A stretch of DNA of 64,000 bases from an uncultured Aminicenantes bacterium (lineage in GTDB: Bacteria; Acidobacteriota; Aminicenantia; UBA2199): positions 32,001 to 96,000 of the forward strand of contig CBDAFS010000039.1 in assembly GCA_965195285.1 (NCBI GenBank), given 5' to 3'. The position numbers were made by a program, and so were the translations under genes. Every line of letters begins with the position of its first letter. Position 1 is the stretch's first letter. The notes below the pieces were generated by a model. It did no database searches. It saw only the letters and a list, made by a program, of their open reading frames with translations, and was not told where the DNA came from. Below are positions 52,979 to 62,498 of the stretch, piece by piece.

Positions 52979-54574
52979 ATGAAGAAAATCAAGGGTTATA
53001 ATTTAAAAAAAATTGTTTATCTAGACGGTATACGACTCAGGAATGCAATCCTGTCCAGTCTAGCTTTAATAAAAAATAAAAAGAATTATCTGAATAAAAT
53101 AAATTTTTTTCCCATACCTGATAAAGATGCCGGAACAAATTTTTTCCATACATTGAACTTCATCGTTTCCGAACTATACTTTCTTGAGGATCGTTCGGTT
53201 ACCTTAATGAGCCATCAATTATCCAAATCTGCCCTATCCGCTGCCCAAGGATATTCAGGTACTATTCTGGCCCAGTTCTTTCAAGGTTTTGCCCAGGGAT
53301 TTTCAGGACAGGTCAGAATTTCAACAGTGGATTTTGCGCTTGCTTCACAAAAAGCCTCCAAAGCAGCTTATGCGTCACTCTCCGAACCTATAGAAGGCAC
53401 AATTTTAAGTGTTATGAGAGATTGGGCCAATTCGGTTTCCAAAATCGCCGAACAAACCGATGATTTTGTCGAACTTCTAAATATGAGTTTGCTAGAGGCA
53501 AAACAATCCCTGGCTGAAACAAAAAAAATATTACCGGTTTTGAAAAAGGCCGGTGTGGTTGATGCAGGTGCTCAGGGATTTATTTTTTTACTGGATGGAA
53601 TCCTGAATTTCATAAAAAAAGGAAATTTAAAAGATCTTCGAACTTTATCTCGAAATAATAAATCCAGTCAAGGTCATAAATATGAAAAAAAAATTCACGA
53701 TTATTCAGGTGCTCCGCCAGTAGATGAATTTGGCATCGTGACCGACTCATCGTGTGATCTTCCCGATCATTATTTAATAAATTATCAGATCCATGTAATT
53801 CCACTCAAAATCATATTTGGATCCGAAACCTTTCTGGATAAAGTGCAGATCACTCCAACTGAATTCTATAATAAATCGATCAAATCACCGATACATCCCA
53901 AAACCTCACAACCGTCATTGGCAGATGTCACCCGGCTATTCGATGAGATTGTACCCAAATACAATCATATCCTGTCCATTCACATCCCCCGGGCAATAAG
54001 TGGAACCCTGTCGGTCGTTGAAAAAGCAGCCCAAAAATACGGGAAAAAGATCACCTGCATAGACGGAAAAAATATTTCAGCCGCTTTGGGACTGGTGATC
54101 ATGGAAGCGGTATATGCAATAGAGAAAGATCTATCCCGGGAAAAGGTTATTGATCGAATTGAACAATCAATAGATAATATTAAAATTTTCATTGTTTTGC
54201 CAACGGTAAAATATCTGGTCAAGGGAGGAAGGCTCAGTAAATCCAAGGGATTCATCGGACGTCTGCTTCGGTTGAATCCGATTTTATCTTTTGATACTCG
54301 GGGACATATTGTGCCCCTGTCCAAAGCATTTGGAAACAAAGCAGCCTTGAAAAAAGCATTTAAAATCGTACAACTAGCGGTTAAAGATTATAAGCGAATT
54401 AAATTCATGATTGCCCATGCCAATGCCCCGGTGAAAGCCAGGTGGGTATCGGTCAAGCTGTCCGGATTGTTTCAGCTGCAAGAGGAGATAGAAATTGTTG
54501 AGGTGGCCCCGGTTCTGGGTGTACATGTCGGACCCGGAACCGTTGGATTCGGATTTATCGGTTATCATCAATAA
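52979..54574 (+). CDS. DAK2 (FakA-like) - DegV (FakB-like) fusion
   Basis: LNKINFFPIPDKDAGTN, VVDAGA; then TDSSCDLP, TSQPS, SGT, GGR, HVGPG. Confidence 0.88.
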   Translation: MKKIKGYNLKKIVYLDGIRLRNAILSSLALIKNKKNYLNKINFFPIPDKDAGTNFFHTLNFIVSELYFLEDRSVTLMSHQLSKSALSAAQGYSGTILAQFFQGFAQGFSGQVRISTVDFALASQKASKAAYASLSEPIEGTILSVMRDWANSVSKIAEQTDDFVELLNMSLLEAKQSLAETKKILPVLKKAGVVDAGAQGFIFLLDGILNFIKKGNLKDLRTLSRNNKSSQGHKYEKKIHDYSGAPPVDEFGIVTDSSCDLPDHYLINYQIHVIPLKIIFGSETFLDKVQITPTEFYNKSIKSPIHPKTSQPSLADVTRLFDEIVPKYNHILSIHIPRAISGTLSVVEKAAQKYGKKITCIDGKNISAALGLVIMEAVYAIEKDLSREKVIDRIEQSIDNIKIFIVLPTVKYLVKGGRLSKSKGFIGRLLRLNPILSFDTRGHIVPLSKAFGNKAALKKAFKIVQLAVKDYKRIKFMIAHANAPVKARWVSVKLSGLFQLQEEIEIVEVAPVLGVHVGPGTVGFGFIGYHQ

Positions 54575-54593
54575 TTAAACAAAACAGGAAGGC

Positions 54594-55781
54594 TTAAGTG
54601 GATTTATTAAGTTCCAGACGATTGATGATATGTTGGTATTTCTTTTCAATCACCGGCCAGGAATAGTTGTCCTGAAAAAATTGCACGCCATTTTCACCCA
54701 GCCTGGATCGAATCCCGGGGTTCCCCTGCAACAATAACACAATGGCCTTGAATTCCTCATAATCGGAATACCATAATCCCGCATTGCTGCGTTTGCATTG
54801 ACCCTGGAGTACTTCGGTTCTTCCATTGGCAACCACCGGCTTCCCAATGGCCCAGGCCTCCAATGCCACCATGGAAAGCGACTCAAACTGTGAGGGTATA
54901 ATCAAAAAATCAGATCCTTTCAAGGCATCAAACTTTTCACTGTCAGATACAAATCCCAGATACCTGATTTTCGGGTGATCTGGAATTTCAATCAGTGATT
55001 TCCCCATCAGGACCAGGGTATAATCTATCTTCGTCTCCTCCAAGAATTTTAGATAAAATGAAAGCAGTTCCGGTATTCCCTTGTTTTCATCCAGGCGCCC
55101 GATATAGACAAAATAATTTTCAGGGATTTTGTATTTCTCCCGGAATACCCAAGGCGAAAATGAAGAGGGAATCTCCGAGCCCACACCCACGATATCTCCG
55201 ATTACCGATTCATTTCCCGCCATTTGATTGATCATTGCCTTCTCTTCATGTGAATTGTAAACAATGGCTCCGGGTAAATTAAAAAAATTCTTGAACATCC
55301 TCAAATATATTACATCATCATGTTCGGCAGTGGGAACCAGAATTGATTTTTCCCGAAACCTGGTAATACCTTGAAAAGAATGATAATAACGATATGAGAA
55401 AAAAATGAAATAATCAAATTCCCCTTCCCGGTTCTCCAGTTCTTTGATCAGGGCAGGTACCCTGGGTCCCTCTTCATCCAGCCAGGTTATTTCTTCCTCC
55501 AGGCTGTGTTCGTTGTTGAAAATAAAATTCTGAATTTTCCCGAACCGCTCCGGATCCCGGGTTTGATGGACATTAAAGCGGTTTACCCGGATACCATCCA
55601 CTTGATCCTGACCCGGGGGGAAATGATGCTCCCAAGTAATGTAATCCAGGGCCGTGGTGGTAAAAACTTCAATTGCATAGTATTTTGCCATTTTCTCGGT
55701 AATCAATTTGGCATGATATTCGGCACCCCCATTTATTTCCGAACCGTATCGCTGAACCACAATTGCAATTTTTTTAGCCAT
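54594..55781 (-). CDS. Glycosyltransferase family 4
   Basis: GGAE, GRLDENKG, ESLSMVALEAW. Confidence 0.9.
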   Translation of the reverse strand: MAKKIAIVVQRYGSEINGGAEYHAKLITEKMAKYYAIEVFTTTALDYITWEHHFPPGQDQVDGIRVNRFNVHQTRDPERFGKIQNFIFNNEHSLEEEITWLDEEGPRVPALIKELENREGEFDYFIFFSYRYYHSFQGITRFREKSILVPTAEHDDVIYLRMFKNFFNLPGAIVYNSHEEKAMINQMAGNESVIGDIVGVGSEIPSSFSPWVFREKYKIPENYFVYIGRLDENKGIPELLSFYLKFLEETKIDYTLVLMGKSLIEIPDHPKIRYLGFVSDSEKFDALKGSDFLIIPSQFESLSMVALEAWAIGKPVVANGRTEVLQGQCKRSNAGLWYSDYEEFKAIVLLLQGNPGIRSRLGENGVQFFQDNYSWPVIEKKYQHIINRLELNKST

Positions 55782-55886
55782 GATTTAATTATAACACAGT
55801 ACTGGATTCTGTCGAATAATCCATTCCTGGCGGAAAAACAATAGCTTTACATTTAACAATAATCTTGCTAAAATCAAATGATCGTC

Positions 55887-56168
55887 ATGAAACCAACCGC
55901 CAATCCCACGGCCAACCCCACGATAGTACTCAGGGAAGAATTCGACGACTGGGCCATTCTTTTTGATCCCGATACCGGTAACGCTCATGGCATCAACCCG
56001 GTGGGTGTGTTTGTCTGGAAGCATCTGGACGGCCTGCATACTGCCAACCAGATATTGCAGAAGTTGCATGAAAGCTGTGAAACTGTGCCCCAGGATGCTG
56101 AAAAAGATGTAAATGATTTTATTGAGGATCTTGTAAAAAGAGGATATGCCGGATATGAAGCCCGATAA
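55887..56168 (+). CDS. scmD: PqqD-family RiPP recognition protein (SynChlorMet ScmD-like)
   Basis: REEFDDWAILFDPD...INPVG.FVW..LDG...DV..F...L. Confidence 0.85.
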   Translation: MKPTANPTANPTIVLREEFDDWAILFDPDTGNAHGINPVGVFVWKHLDGLHTANQILQKLHESCETVPQDAEKDVNDFIEDLVKRGYAGYEAR

Positions 56169-57276
56169 CCTTCATACCTCCATGCGGCTGATGAAGACCC
56201 CGCGAACCGTTGATATTGCTATCACCAACAAGTGCAACCTGCGTTGCACTTACTGCTACCATTTTTCCAGTGCCGGCGATGTTGACGAGGACTTGCCAAA
56301 AGAGGAATGGCTCGGATTTTTCGAAGAATTGAAGCGCTGTGCAGTGATAGATGTTGTTTTGGCCGGTGGCGAGCCTTTCTTCCGCAAGGATTTAAGCGAA
56401 CTGATAGAAGGTATTGTCAAAAACAATATGCGGTTTTCTATCCTCAGTAATGGTACCCTCATTACCGATGAAATCGCCGAATTTCTATCTTCCACGGGAC
56501 GATGTGATTATATTCAGGTTTCCCTTGACGGATCCAAACCTGAAACCCATGATACCTGCCGGGGTAATGGAAATTTTAATCGAGCCATTAAGGGTATCGA
56601 GTGTCTCCGAAAACATTCTGTTAATGTCCAGGTTCGCGCCACGATTCATAAGCATAACGTCACGGATCTTGAGGAAATGGCCCGGTTTTTATTGGAGGAA
56701 ATCGGGCTTGAGAGCTTTTCCACTAATGCCGCTTCCTACATGGGCCTCTTAAGACAACATGTGGAGCAAGTGGGATTAACCGTTGAAGATCGAATGCTGG
56801 CCATGGAGTCCCTTGTCAGGCTAAACAAAAAATATGCCAATCGCATCAACGCCCAAGCCGGACCACTGGCAGAGGCTGCCATGTGGGCCGAAATGAAGAT
56901 CGCCCGCGACCAAGGAAAAAAACAGATTCCCGGTCGAGGGCATCTAACCGCCTGCGGCTGCGTGACGGTGAAAATTGCCGTCCGTGCCGACGGTGCCATT
57001 GTCCCTTGCACCATGCTCAGTCACATGAAACTCGGGCAGATCAATAAGGATGATTTTAAAGCAATCTGGCAAGACCATCCGGAAATGCGAAAAATGAGAG
57101 AACGACGAAATATCCCTTTAAGTGATTTTATATTCTGCCGGGAATGCGAATACATCAATTTCTGCACGGGAAACTGCCCGGGTCTTGCTTACTCGATTGT
57201 CGGGATAGTGAATCATCCGAGCCCGGATGCATGCCTGCGGCGATTTCTTGAGGATGGGGGAAGGCTTCCTTTATAG
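56155..57276 (+). CDS. scmE: Radical SAM/SPASM maturase (ScmE-like)
   Basis: CNLRCTYC, GGEP, SPASM C..C....C...C. Confidence 0.85.
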   Translation: MKPDNLHTSMRLMKTPRTVDIAITNKCNLRCTYCYHFSSAGDVDEDLPKEEWLGFFEELKRCAVIDVVLAGGEPFFRKDLSELIEGIVKNNMRFSILSNGTLITDEIAEFLSSTGRCDYIQVSLDGSKPETHDTCRGNGNFNRAIKGIECLRKHSVNVQVRATIHKHNVTDLEEMARFLLEEIGLESFSTNAASYMGLLRQHVEQVGLTVEDRMLAMESLVRLNKKYANRINAQAGPLAEAAMWAEMKIARDQGKKQIPGRGHLTACGCVTVKIAVRADGAIVPCTMLSHMKLGQINKDDFKAIWQDHPEMRKMRERRNIPLSDFIFCRECEYINFCTGNCPGLAYSIVGIVNHPSPDACLRRFLEDGGRLPL

Positions 57277-57286
57277 TGAACGATCG

Positions 57287-58414
57287 ATGAGTATCAACAA
57301 AGACCGAAAAGGACGAGCATATCCCTTGAATCAGATATATTTTTACCTGACCAAAGGATGCAACCTGCGCTGCCGTCACTGCTGGATTGCGCCGAAATTT
57401 CAGACCGAAAAGCGTTCCTATCCCGTTCTATCCACGGATCTTTTTCGATCCATCATTGAGCAGGCTAAAATACTGGGCCTTTACGGTGTCAAATTGACCG
57501 GTGGAGAACCCCTGATGCACCCTGATATTCATGAGATTCTCAAGTATATTAAGGAAGAAGATCTTAAACTTACGGTGGAGACCAATGGGATTCTCTGTAC
57601 CCTCGAAATTGCCCAAAAAATGGCGAACTGCAACAATCCATTTGTCTCGGTGAGCCTGGATGGTGCCGATGCCCCAACCCATGAATGGGTGCGCGGAGTT
57701 TCCGGCTGTTTTGAGGAAACTCTTCAAGGCATACGGAATCTTGTTGATGCCGGATTAAAACCCCAAATCATCATGAGCCTCATGCGGCGCAACAAAGATG
57801 AGATGGGGCGTCTTGTACAGCTGGCGGAAAAACTGGGAGCAGAATCGGTCAAATTTAACCTCACCATGCCCATCGCAAGGGGGAAGAAGCTGCATGATAG
57901 CGGAGAGACCCTGACCATTGAAGAGCTTGTAGAGCTGGGCTCGTGGGTGGAGAATACGCTTTCCGCTTCAACCGAACTGCGGCTGGTATACGATCATCCG
58001 ACAGCCTTCCGTCCATTGGGAAAGATGTTTGGAAATAACGGGGATGGATGCAGCCGATGTGGAATCCTTGGCATTCTGGGAGTACTGGCAAATGGATCTT
58101 ATGCCCTTTGCGGTATCGGGGAGAATGTGGCTGAATTGGTTTTTGGGCATGCGGAAACAGAACGCCTGGAGGATATATGGAAAAAGACCGATATTCTAAA
58201 TGAATTACGTGAAGGACTTACAGAGCGCTTCGAAGGGGTCTGTGGAAGTTGTCTCATGAGATACTTGTGCCTGAGAAGCTGTATCGCCCAAAATTATTAC
58301 CAGAACAAGAATCTTTGGGCACCTCATTGGTTTTGTGAAACGGCCAGGGGAAAAGGGCTCTTTCCGAAAACCCGGTTACATTTTTCCAGCTCGAATAACA
58401 ATTTAAATAAGTAA
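57287..58414 (+). CDS. scmF: Radical SAM/SPASM maturase (ScmF-like)
   Basis: YFYLT.GCNLRCRHCW, GGEP, SPASM cysteines. Confidence 0.85.
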   Translation: MSINKDRKGRAYPLNQIYFYLTKGCNLRCRHCWIAPKFQTEKRSYPVLSTDLFRSIIEQAKILGLYGVKLTGGEPLMHPDIHEILKYIKEEDLKLTVETNGILCTLEIAQKMANCNNPFVSVSLDGADAPTHEWVRGVSGCFEETLQGIRNLVDAGLKPQIIMSLMRRNKDEMGRLVQLAEKLGAESVKFNLTMPIARGKKLHDSGETLTIEELVELGSWVENTLSASTELRLVYDHPTAFRPLGKMFGNNGDGCSRCGILGILGVLANGSYALCGIGENVAELVFGHAETERLEDIWKKTDILNELREGLTERFEGVCGSCLMRYLCLRSCIAQNYYQNKNLWAPHWFCETARGKGLFPKTRLHFSSSNNNLNK

Positions 58415-58466
58415 TAGACAATATTGCAAAAGTATAGTATTCTCAAAGTAGACAAAGATAGCAGCG

Positions 58467-58703
58467 ATGAAATACGAAAAACCATTACTCGTTGAATTGA
58501 ATAATCCGAATATCGCGTATGGACTCTGTGCAAATGGTTCCGGCGACGAAGGGCCTTGTGGATCAGGGACTTCACCAGTTACCAGATGTGTAATCGGTAG
58601 TAACGCTGGCGCGGCTTGTAATTCAGGTAATATCGCGAATAATAACTGTGTGAACGGAAGCTCGGCAGGAGGTCTATGTAACCCTGGCAGCACCGCAAAT
58701 TAA
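58467..58703 (+). CDS. Cys/Gly/Asn/Ser-rich RiPP precursor peptide
   Basis: YEKP.L RRE-binding leader motif; Cys at 21, 31, 41, 51, 61, 71, each CxxG. Confidence 0.88.
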   Translation: MKYEKPLLVELNNPNIAYGLCANGSGDEGPCGSGTSPVTRCVIGSNAGAACNSGNIANNNCVNGSSAGGLCNPGSTAN

Positions 58704-58774
58704 GAGAACCTCAAACATCCGCCAGCGGTCTTGTATGAAACGATCTGTCAAGCAAAGAAGATGAGAGCCATATA

Positions 58775-59659
58775 ATGGAAGAACCCGAAAAATCCGAACC
58801 AGTGACCGTTCAAAGATCATATCATCTATCATTGAGTGATGGAAACCGATGGTGTTTTTCTGCAGATCACCGCAACACCCATGTGTTAGATAACCTGGCT
58901 CGCATTATGCGACTCAATCAAGGGATCGTAAACGGCTCACCCAGGCTTATTTTCTGCAGTAATGGGTCCAATAGGGGAAAGGGTGCCAACAGGCATACCA
59001 ATACGCATAAGCCCTTTCGGTTTTGGAAACATAACGGTGGACCTGATGTCTTTTGTGAGACAAATGACAACAGAGGACTTGAAATTCAATACTTACATAT
59101 GTGGCATGGCCTTTTGCCTATCTACCGACAAAGTGTTCGTAAGGGAGGACTGGCTATACATGGGGCCTTGACTGAGCTAAACGGCGAAGGATTTTTGATT
59201 ATAGCACCGAGTGGTGGCGGAAAATCAACCTGCTATCACCGGTTTCCTGGTTACTGGCAGCCATTGTGTGATGATGAAGCACTGGTTGTTCTCGACGAGC
59301 AAAAAAAATACCGGGCCCATCCATTTCCAACCTGGAGCGATTATCTTTGGAAACGTTCCCAAAGGACCTGGAATGTTCAGTATTCGGTACCGCTTAAGGG
59401 ATTATTTTTTCTTGAAAAAGCCGACATTGATACAGTCGAATCATTGGGAGAGGGTAAGGCCGTCGTATTAATGAATGCATCGGCCAACCAAGTTTTTGAA
59501 AAATACTATCGAATATTAAATAAAAAAGATCAAAGAACGCTTCGGCAGAGGTTCTTTAAAAATACCTGCCGTATGGCAAAGCAGATTCCGTCGTATCGTC
59601 TGTGTGTCAGCCGTGATGACAAATTTTGGGAAAAGATGGAAAAGGTCCTGGACCGATAA
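58775..59659 (+). CDS. scmC: HPr-kinase-like P-loop protein (ScmC-like)
   Basis: HGA, APSGGGKST, LCDD, AHPFPTW. Confidence 0.8.
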   Translation: MEEPEKSEPVTVQRSYHLSLSDGNRWCFSADHRNTHVLDNLARIMRLNQGIVNGSPRLIFCSNGSNRGKGANRHTNTHKPFRFWKHNGGPDVFCETNDNRGLEIQYLHMWHGLLPIYRQSVRKGGLAIHGALTELNGEGFLIIAPSGGGKSTCYHRFPGYWQPLCDDEALVVLDEQKKYRAHPFPTWSDYLWKRSQRTWNVQYSVPLKGLFFLEKADIDTVESLGEGKAVVLMNASANQVFEKYYRILNKKDQRTLRQRFFKNTCRMAKQIPSYRLCVSRDDKFWEKMEKVLDR

Positions 59660-59672
59660 TCAAGGGAAATTA

Positions 59673-59741
59673 ATGAGACCCAATATGAACTATATGGGTC
59701 CCAGCATGAATCCCATCCTGAAAACGGGTGACATCGTTTGA
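59673..59741 (+). pseudogene. Truncated S24/S26 (signal peptidase-like) gene stub
   Basis: MRPNMNYMGPSMNPILKTGDIV* contains the GxSMxPxLxxGD catalytic-Ser motif, then stops. Confidence 0.7.
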
Positions 59742-59818
59742 CATTTCAGACCAAATATTATATATAGGACTATAATCTTTTGAGTATAAATATTCATTTC
59801 AATCATTAGGAGGTAAGC

Positions 59819-60598
59819 ATGAATATATATGTATGTATAAAACAGGTTCCTGATACCGAAGCTGTTTTAAATATTAAAGAAGGCAAGTTTATCAATGAAG
59901 AAAACATCAAATGGATTATCAGTCCCTATGATGAAATTGTCCTGGAATTTGCCCTGCAGTTAAAAGAGAAGAATCCGGACTTCAAGGTCACCCTGATTAC
60001 GGTAGGTCCTCCCCGGGCAGAGAGCACTATTCGCAGTGGTCTGGCCATGGGTGCTGAAAGTGCCATTCATATTGAAGCGAGCGATTACCTTGATCATAAG
60101 ACCATTGCCAAGGCATTGGCCCAGGCCTTGAAAAATGAGGGCGATTTCGGTGTCATCTTCACGGGGAAACAGGCCATTGATGACGATGCGAGTTTGACCC
60201 ATATTTATCTTGCTCAAAGCCTGGATATTCCGGTAGTCACAAATGTTATCGGATTTCAGATGGAAGCGGAGAAAGTCATTGTTGAGAGAGAGATTGATCA
60301 GGGAGCCAGGGAAAAAATCGAAATGGGTATCCCCTGTGTAATCGCTGCCACCAAAGGTATTAATGATGTTAACGAGCCCAGATACGCTACCCTGATGGGT
60401 ATCATGAAAGCCAAGAAAATACCCATTAAAAAAATATCGATTCAGGATCTGGGGATTAAAGATGCCACTCCTACGGTCACACAGGAAAAACTGGAAGCAC
60501 CGCCCGAAAAACCGTCCGGAAGAATCATTGAAGGCGAAGTTACAGAATCCATTAAAGAGCTGGTTAGATTGTTGAAAGATGAAGCTAAGGTATTATAG
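59819..60598 (+). CDS. etfB: Electron transfer flavoprotein beta subunit
   Basis: CIKQVPD, GLAMGA, GKQAIDDD, EPRY. Confidence 0.95.
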   Translation: MNIYVCIKQVPDTEAVLNIKEGKFINEENIKWIISPYDEIVLEFALQLKEKNPDFKVTLITVGPPRAESTIRSGLAMGAESAIHIEASDYLDHKTIAKALAQALKNEGDFGVIFTGKQAIDDDASLTHIYLAQSLDIPVVTNVIGFQMEAEKVIVEREIDQGAREKIEMGIPCVIAATKGINDVNEPRYATLMGIMKAKKIPIKKISIQDLGIKDATPTVTQEKLEAPPEKPSGRIIEGEVTESIKELVRLLKDEAKVL

Positions 60599-60607
60599 GA
60601 GGAATCA

Positions 60608-61552
60608 ATGTCAAACATAGGCGTTTATATTGAGTTAAGAGGAGACGAGTTCAAAAAAGCAAACCGTGAAGCCCTTGGTCTGGCGAGATCAAGTGGAAAA
60701 GATGTATATGCAATTATTTTTACCAGAGACATCTCAGCCTATGAGAATGAATTCAAAGGAATACCCAAAGTCATTCAAATAAAAAATGAGAACTTGACCT
60801 ATCAACCGGATGTATATGCAGCAACCATTGCCAACATAATGAAGGAACATCAATTAAACGACCTTTTAGGGGTTGCTTCCGCTCAGGGAAAGGATTTATT
60901 CCCTCGCATTGCAGCCAATACCGATGGCAGTATCATTAATGACTGCATCGCTGTGGATTTTGATAACCATACGGTTAAAAAACCGGTTTATGCCGGGAAA
61001 CTGATATCCACTTTCAAGTTAGGCGGTGAATTCCGGATTATTACCATCAGGCCCAATGTTTTTCCTGTAAAAGAAAAAGAATCGGACAGCCAACCGGAAG
61101 TAATCGAGACTGGTATCGTGAAAATTGAAGAAAAATCAAAAATTATCGATATAATAAAAAGTGAAACCAAAAAGATTGATTTAACCGAAGCCGAGATTAT
61201 TATTTCCGGTGGAAGAGGAATGAAGTCCAAAGAGAATTTTAAAATACTGCAAGAGGTGGCCGAAGTCCTGAATGCCGGTGTGGGGGCATCCCGCGCAGCA
61301 GTTGATTCCGACTATGCCACTCCGGATATGCAGGTCGGGCAAACCGGAAAAGTGGTAAACCCAAAACTCTATATTGCCTGCGGTATATCGGGAGCCATTC
61401 AGCACTTTGTTGGCATGAAAACATCTAAATTCATTGTGGCCATAAACAAGGATCCGGAAGCACCCATATTCAAAAAAGCGGATTACGGCATTGTTGCCGA
61501 TCTGTTTAAAGCCGTTCCCCTGCTGAAAGAAGAGCTGGAGAAAATTCTATAG
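60608..61552 (+). CDS. etfA: Electron transfer flavoprotein alpha subunit
   Basis: SGGRG, GASRAAVD, QVGQTG, GISGAIQH, AINKD. Confidence 0.96.
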   Translation: MSNIGVYIELRGDEFKKANREALGLARSSGKDVYAIIFTRDISAYENEFKGIPKVIQIKNENLTYQPDVYAATIANIMKEHQLNDLLGVASAQGKDLFPRIAANTDGSIINDCIAVDFDNHTVKKPVYAGKLISTFKLGGEFRIITIRPNVFPVKEKESDSQPEVIETGIVKIEEKSKIIDIIKSETKKIDLTEAEIIISGGRGMKSKENFKILQEVAEVLNAGVGASRAAVDSDYATPDMQVGQTGKVVNPKLYIACGISGAIQHFVGMKTSKFIVAINKDPEAPIFKKADYGIVADLFKAVPLLKEELEKIL

Positions 61553-61585
61553 ATTGATTTCTGTCTGCGACTGATTTAGGAAAAA

Positions 61586-61657
61586 GTAACCGGTATCAGT
61601 TATAAAAAAAGGTAAAAAGGTGGGAGACATATTGAAAGGAAAACTGATACCGGTTAC
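61586..61657. repeat. 16-bp perfect inverted repeat with 40-nt loop (terminator or sRNA hairpin)
   Basis: GTAACCGGTATCAGTT (61586-61601) and AACTGATACCGGTTAC (61642-61657). Confidence 0.8.
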
Positions 61658-61675
61658 GGATATACATCCAAACCT

Positions 61676-62231
61676 TCAGGGAAATGTAAAATTCCGACCC
61701 CCACTATCAATATAAAGCTTGCAGGAATCATATTGCCTATAGCCGAATAAGGTATGAATACTGATATAGGGGGTTCCGTTCATGGCTAATGATTCATGAA
61801 ATTCCAGCCAGTTCATATGATGTTGACCATTGCTGGCACCCTCGGGGAAAAAAGCCCCCCCCTGGTAGCCAAAGCCGGTTTTATTGCGGTTTGACAACTC
61901 GGTTTGATACAACTCATGCCATTGGAACCATAATGATATAAACCGGGTAGTACAGGCCATTTCAATTAGATTCTTATCCATTTAAACAAGTCCCATGTCC
62001 CCAGAAGATGCCACGCCCAGTGCCAGTGTTACTTTCAATGATATGGCAGGAATATGTTGCAACATCTGGCACTGGTGTGGCTGTATAAGAAGGGTATTTT
62101 GAAAATTGGCAATTCAACAACCCATCCAAACCTGATTCCGGGGCACTAAGCCTACCATTTGCCAATAATGTATTAGCAATTATGCTTCCAATAATTTCAA
62201 GTTTGAAAACATCTATAATAAATGATTTCAA
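61676..62231 (-). other. Two short overlapping ORFs of unknown function, possibly a degraded gene
   Basis: 85-aa and 101-aa ORFs in different frames; no motif recognised. Confidence 0.25.
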
Positions 62232-62498
62232 GATTCTTCTTTTTTTATGACTTTTTTAACTGTTCCATATTGAAACACTTTTCTAAAGTTTTTTTGCTTT
62301 TATGACTATATACCTTTCAATTGAACCGGGATCCAATTGTAATGGTTTGAAACACCATTTTTCATTAAAATGAAATCACCTCATTGACAAACGATTTCAG
62401 GATCTTAAAGAGTGTACTGAAACGGGACGATCCCCTTAAAATGGACTTTTTGCTTAGAACAAAATTCAAACTTTATTTATTCAGAAAAAACAGAAATT

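Noticed and set aside
58467-58703. Lasso peptide interpretation of the precursor (YxxPxL leader)
   Set aside because: No lasso cyclase or B2 protease nearby, and the core is a Cys-repeat type
61676-62365. Functional assignment for the ORF fragments downstream of the SLT gene
   Set aside because: Frames are interrupted and no family motif could be recognised with confidence
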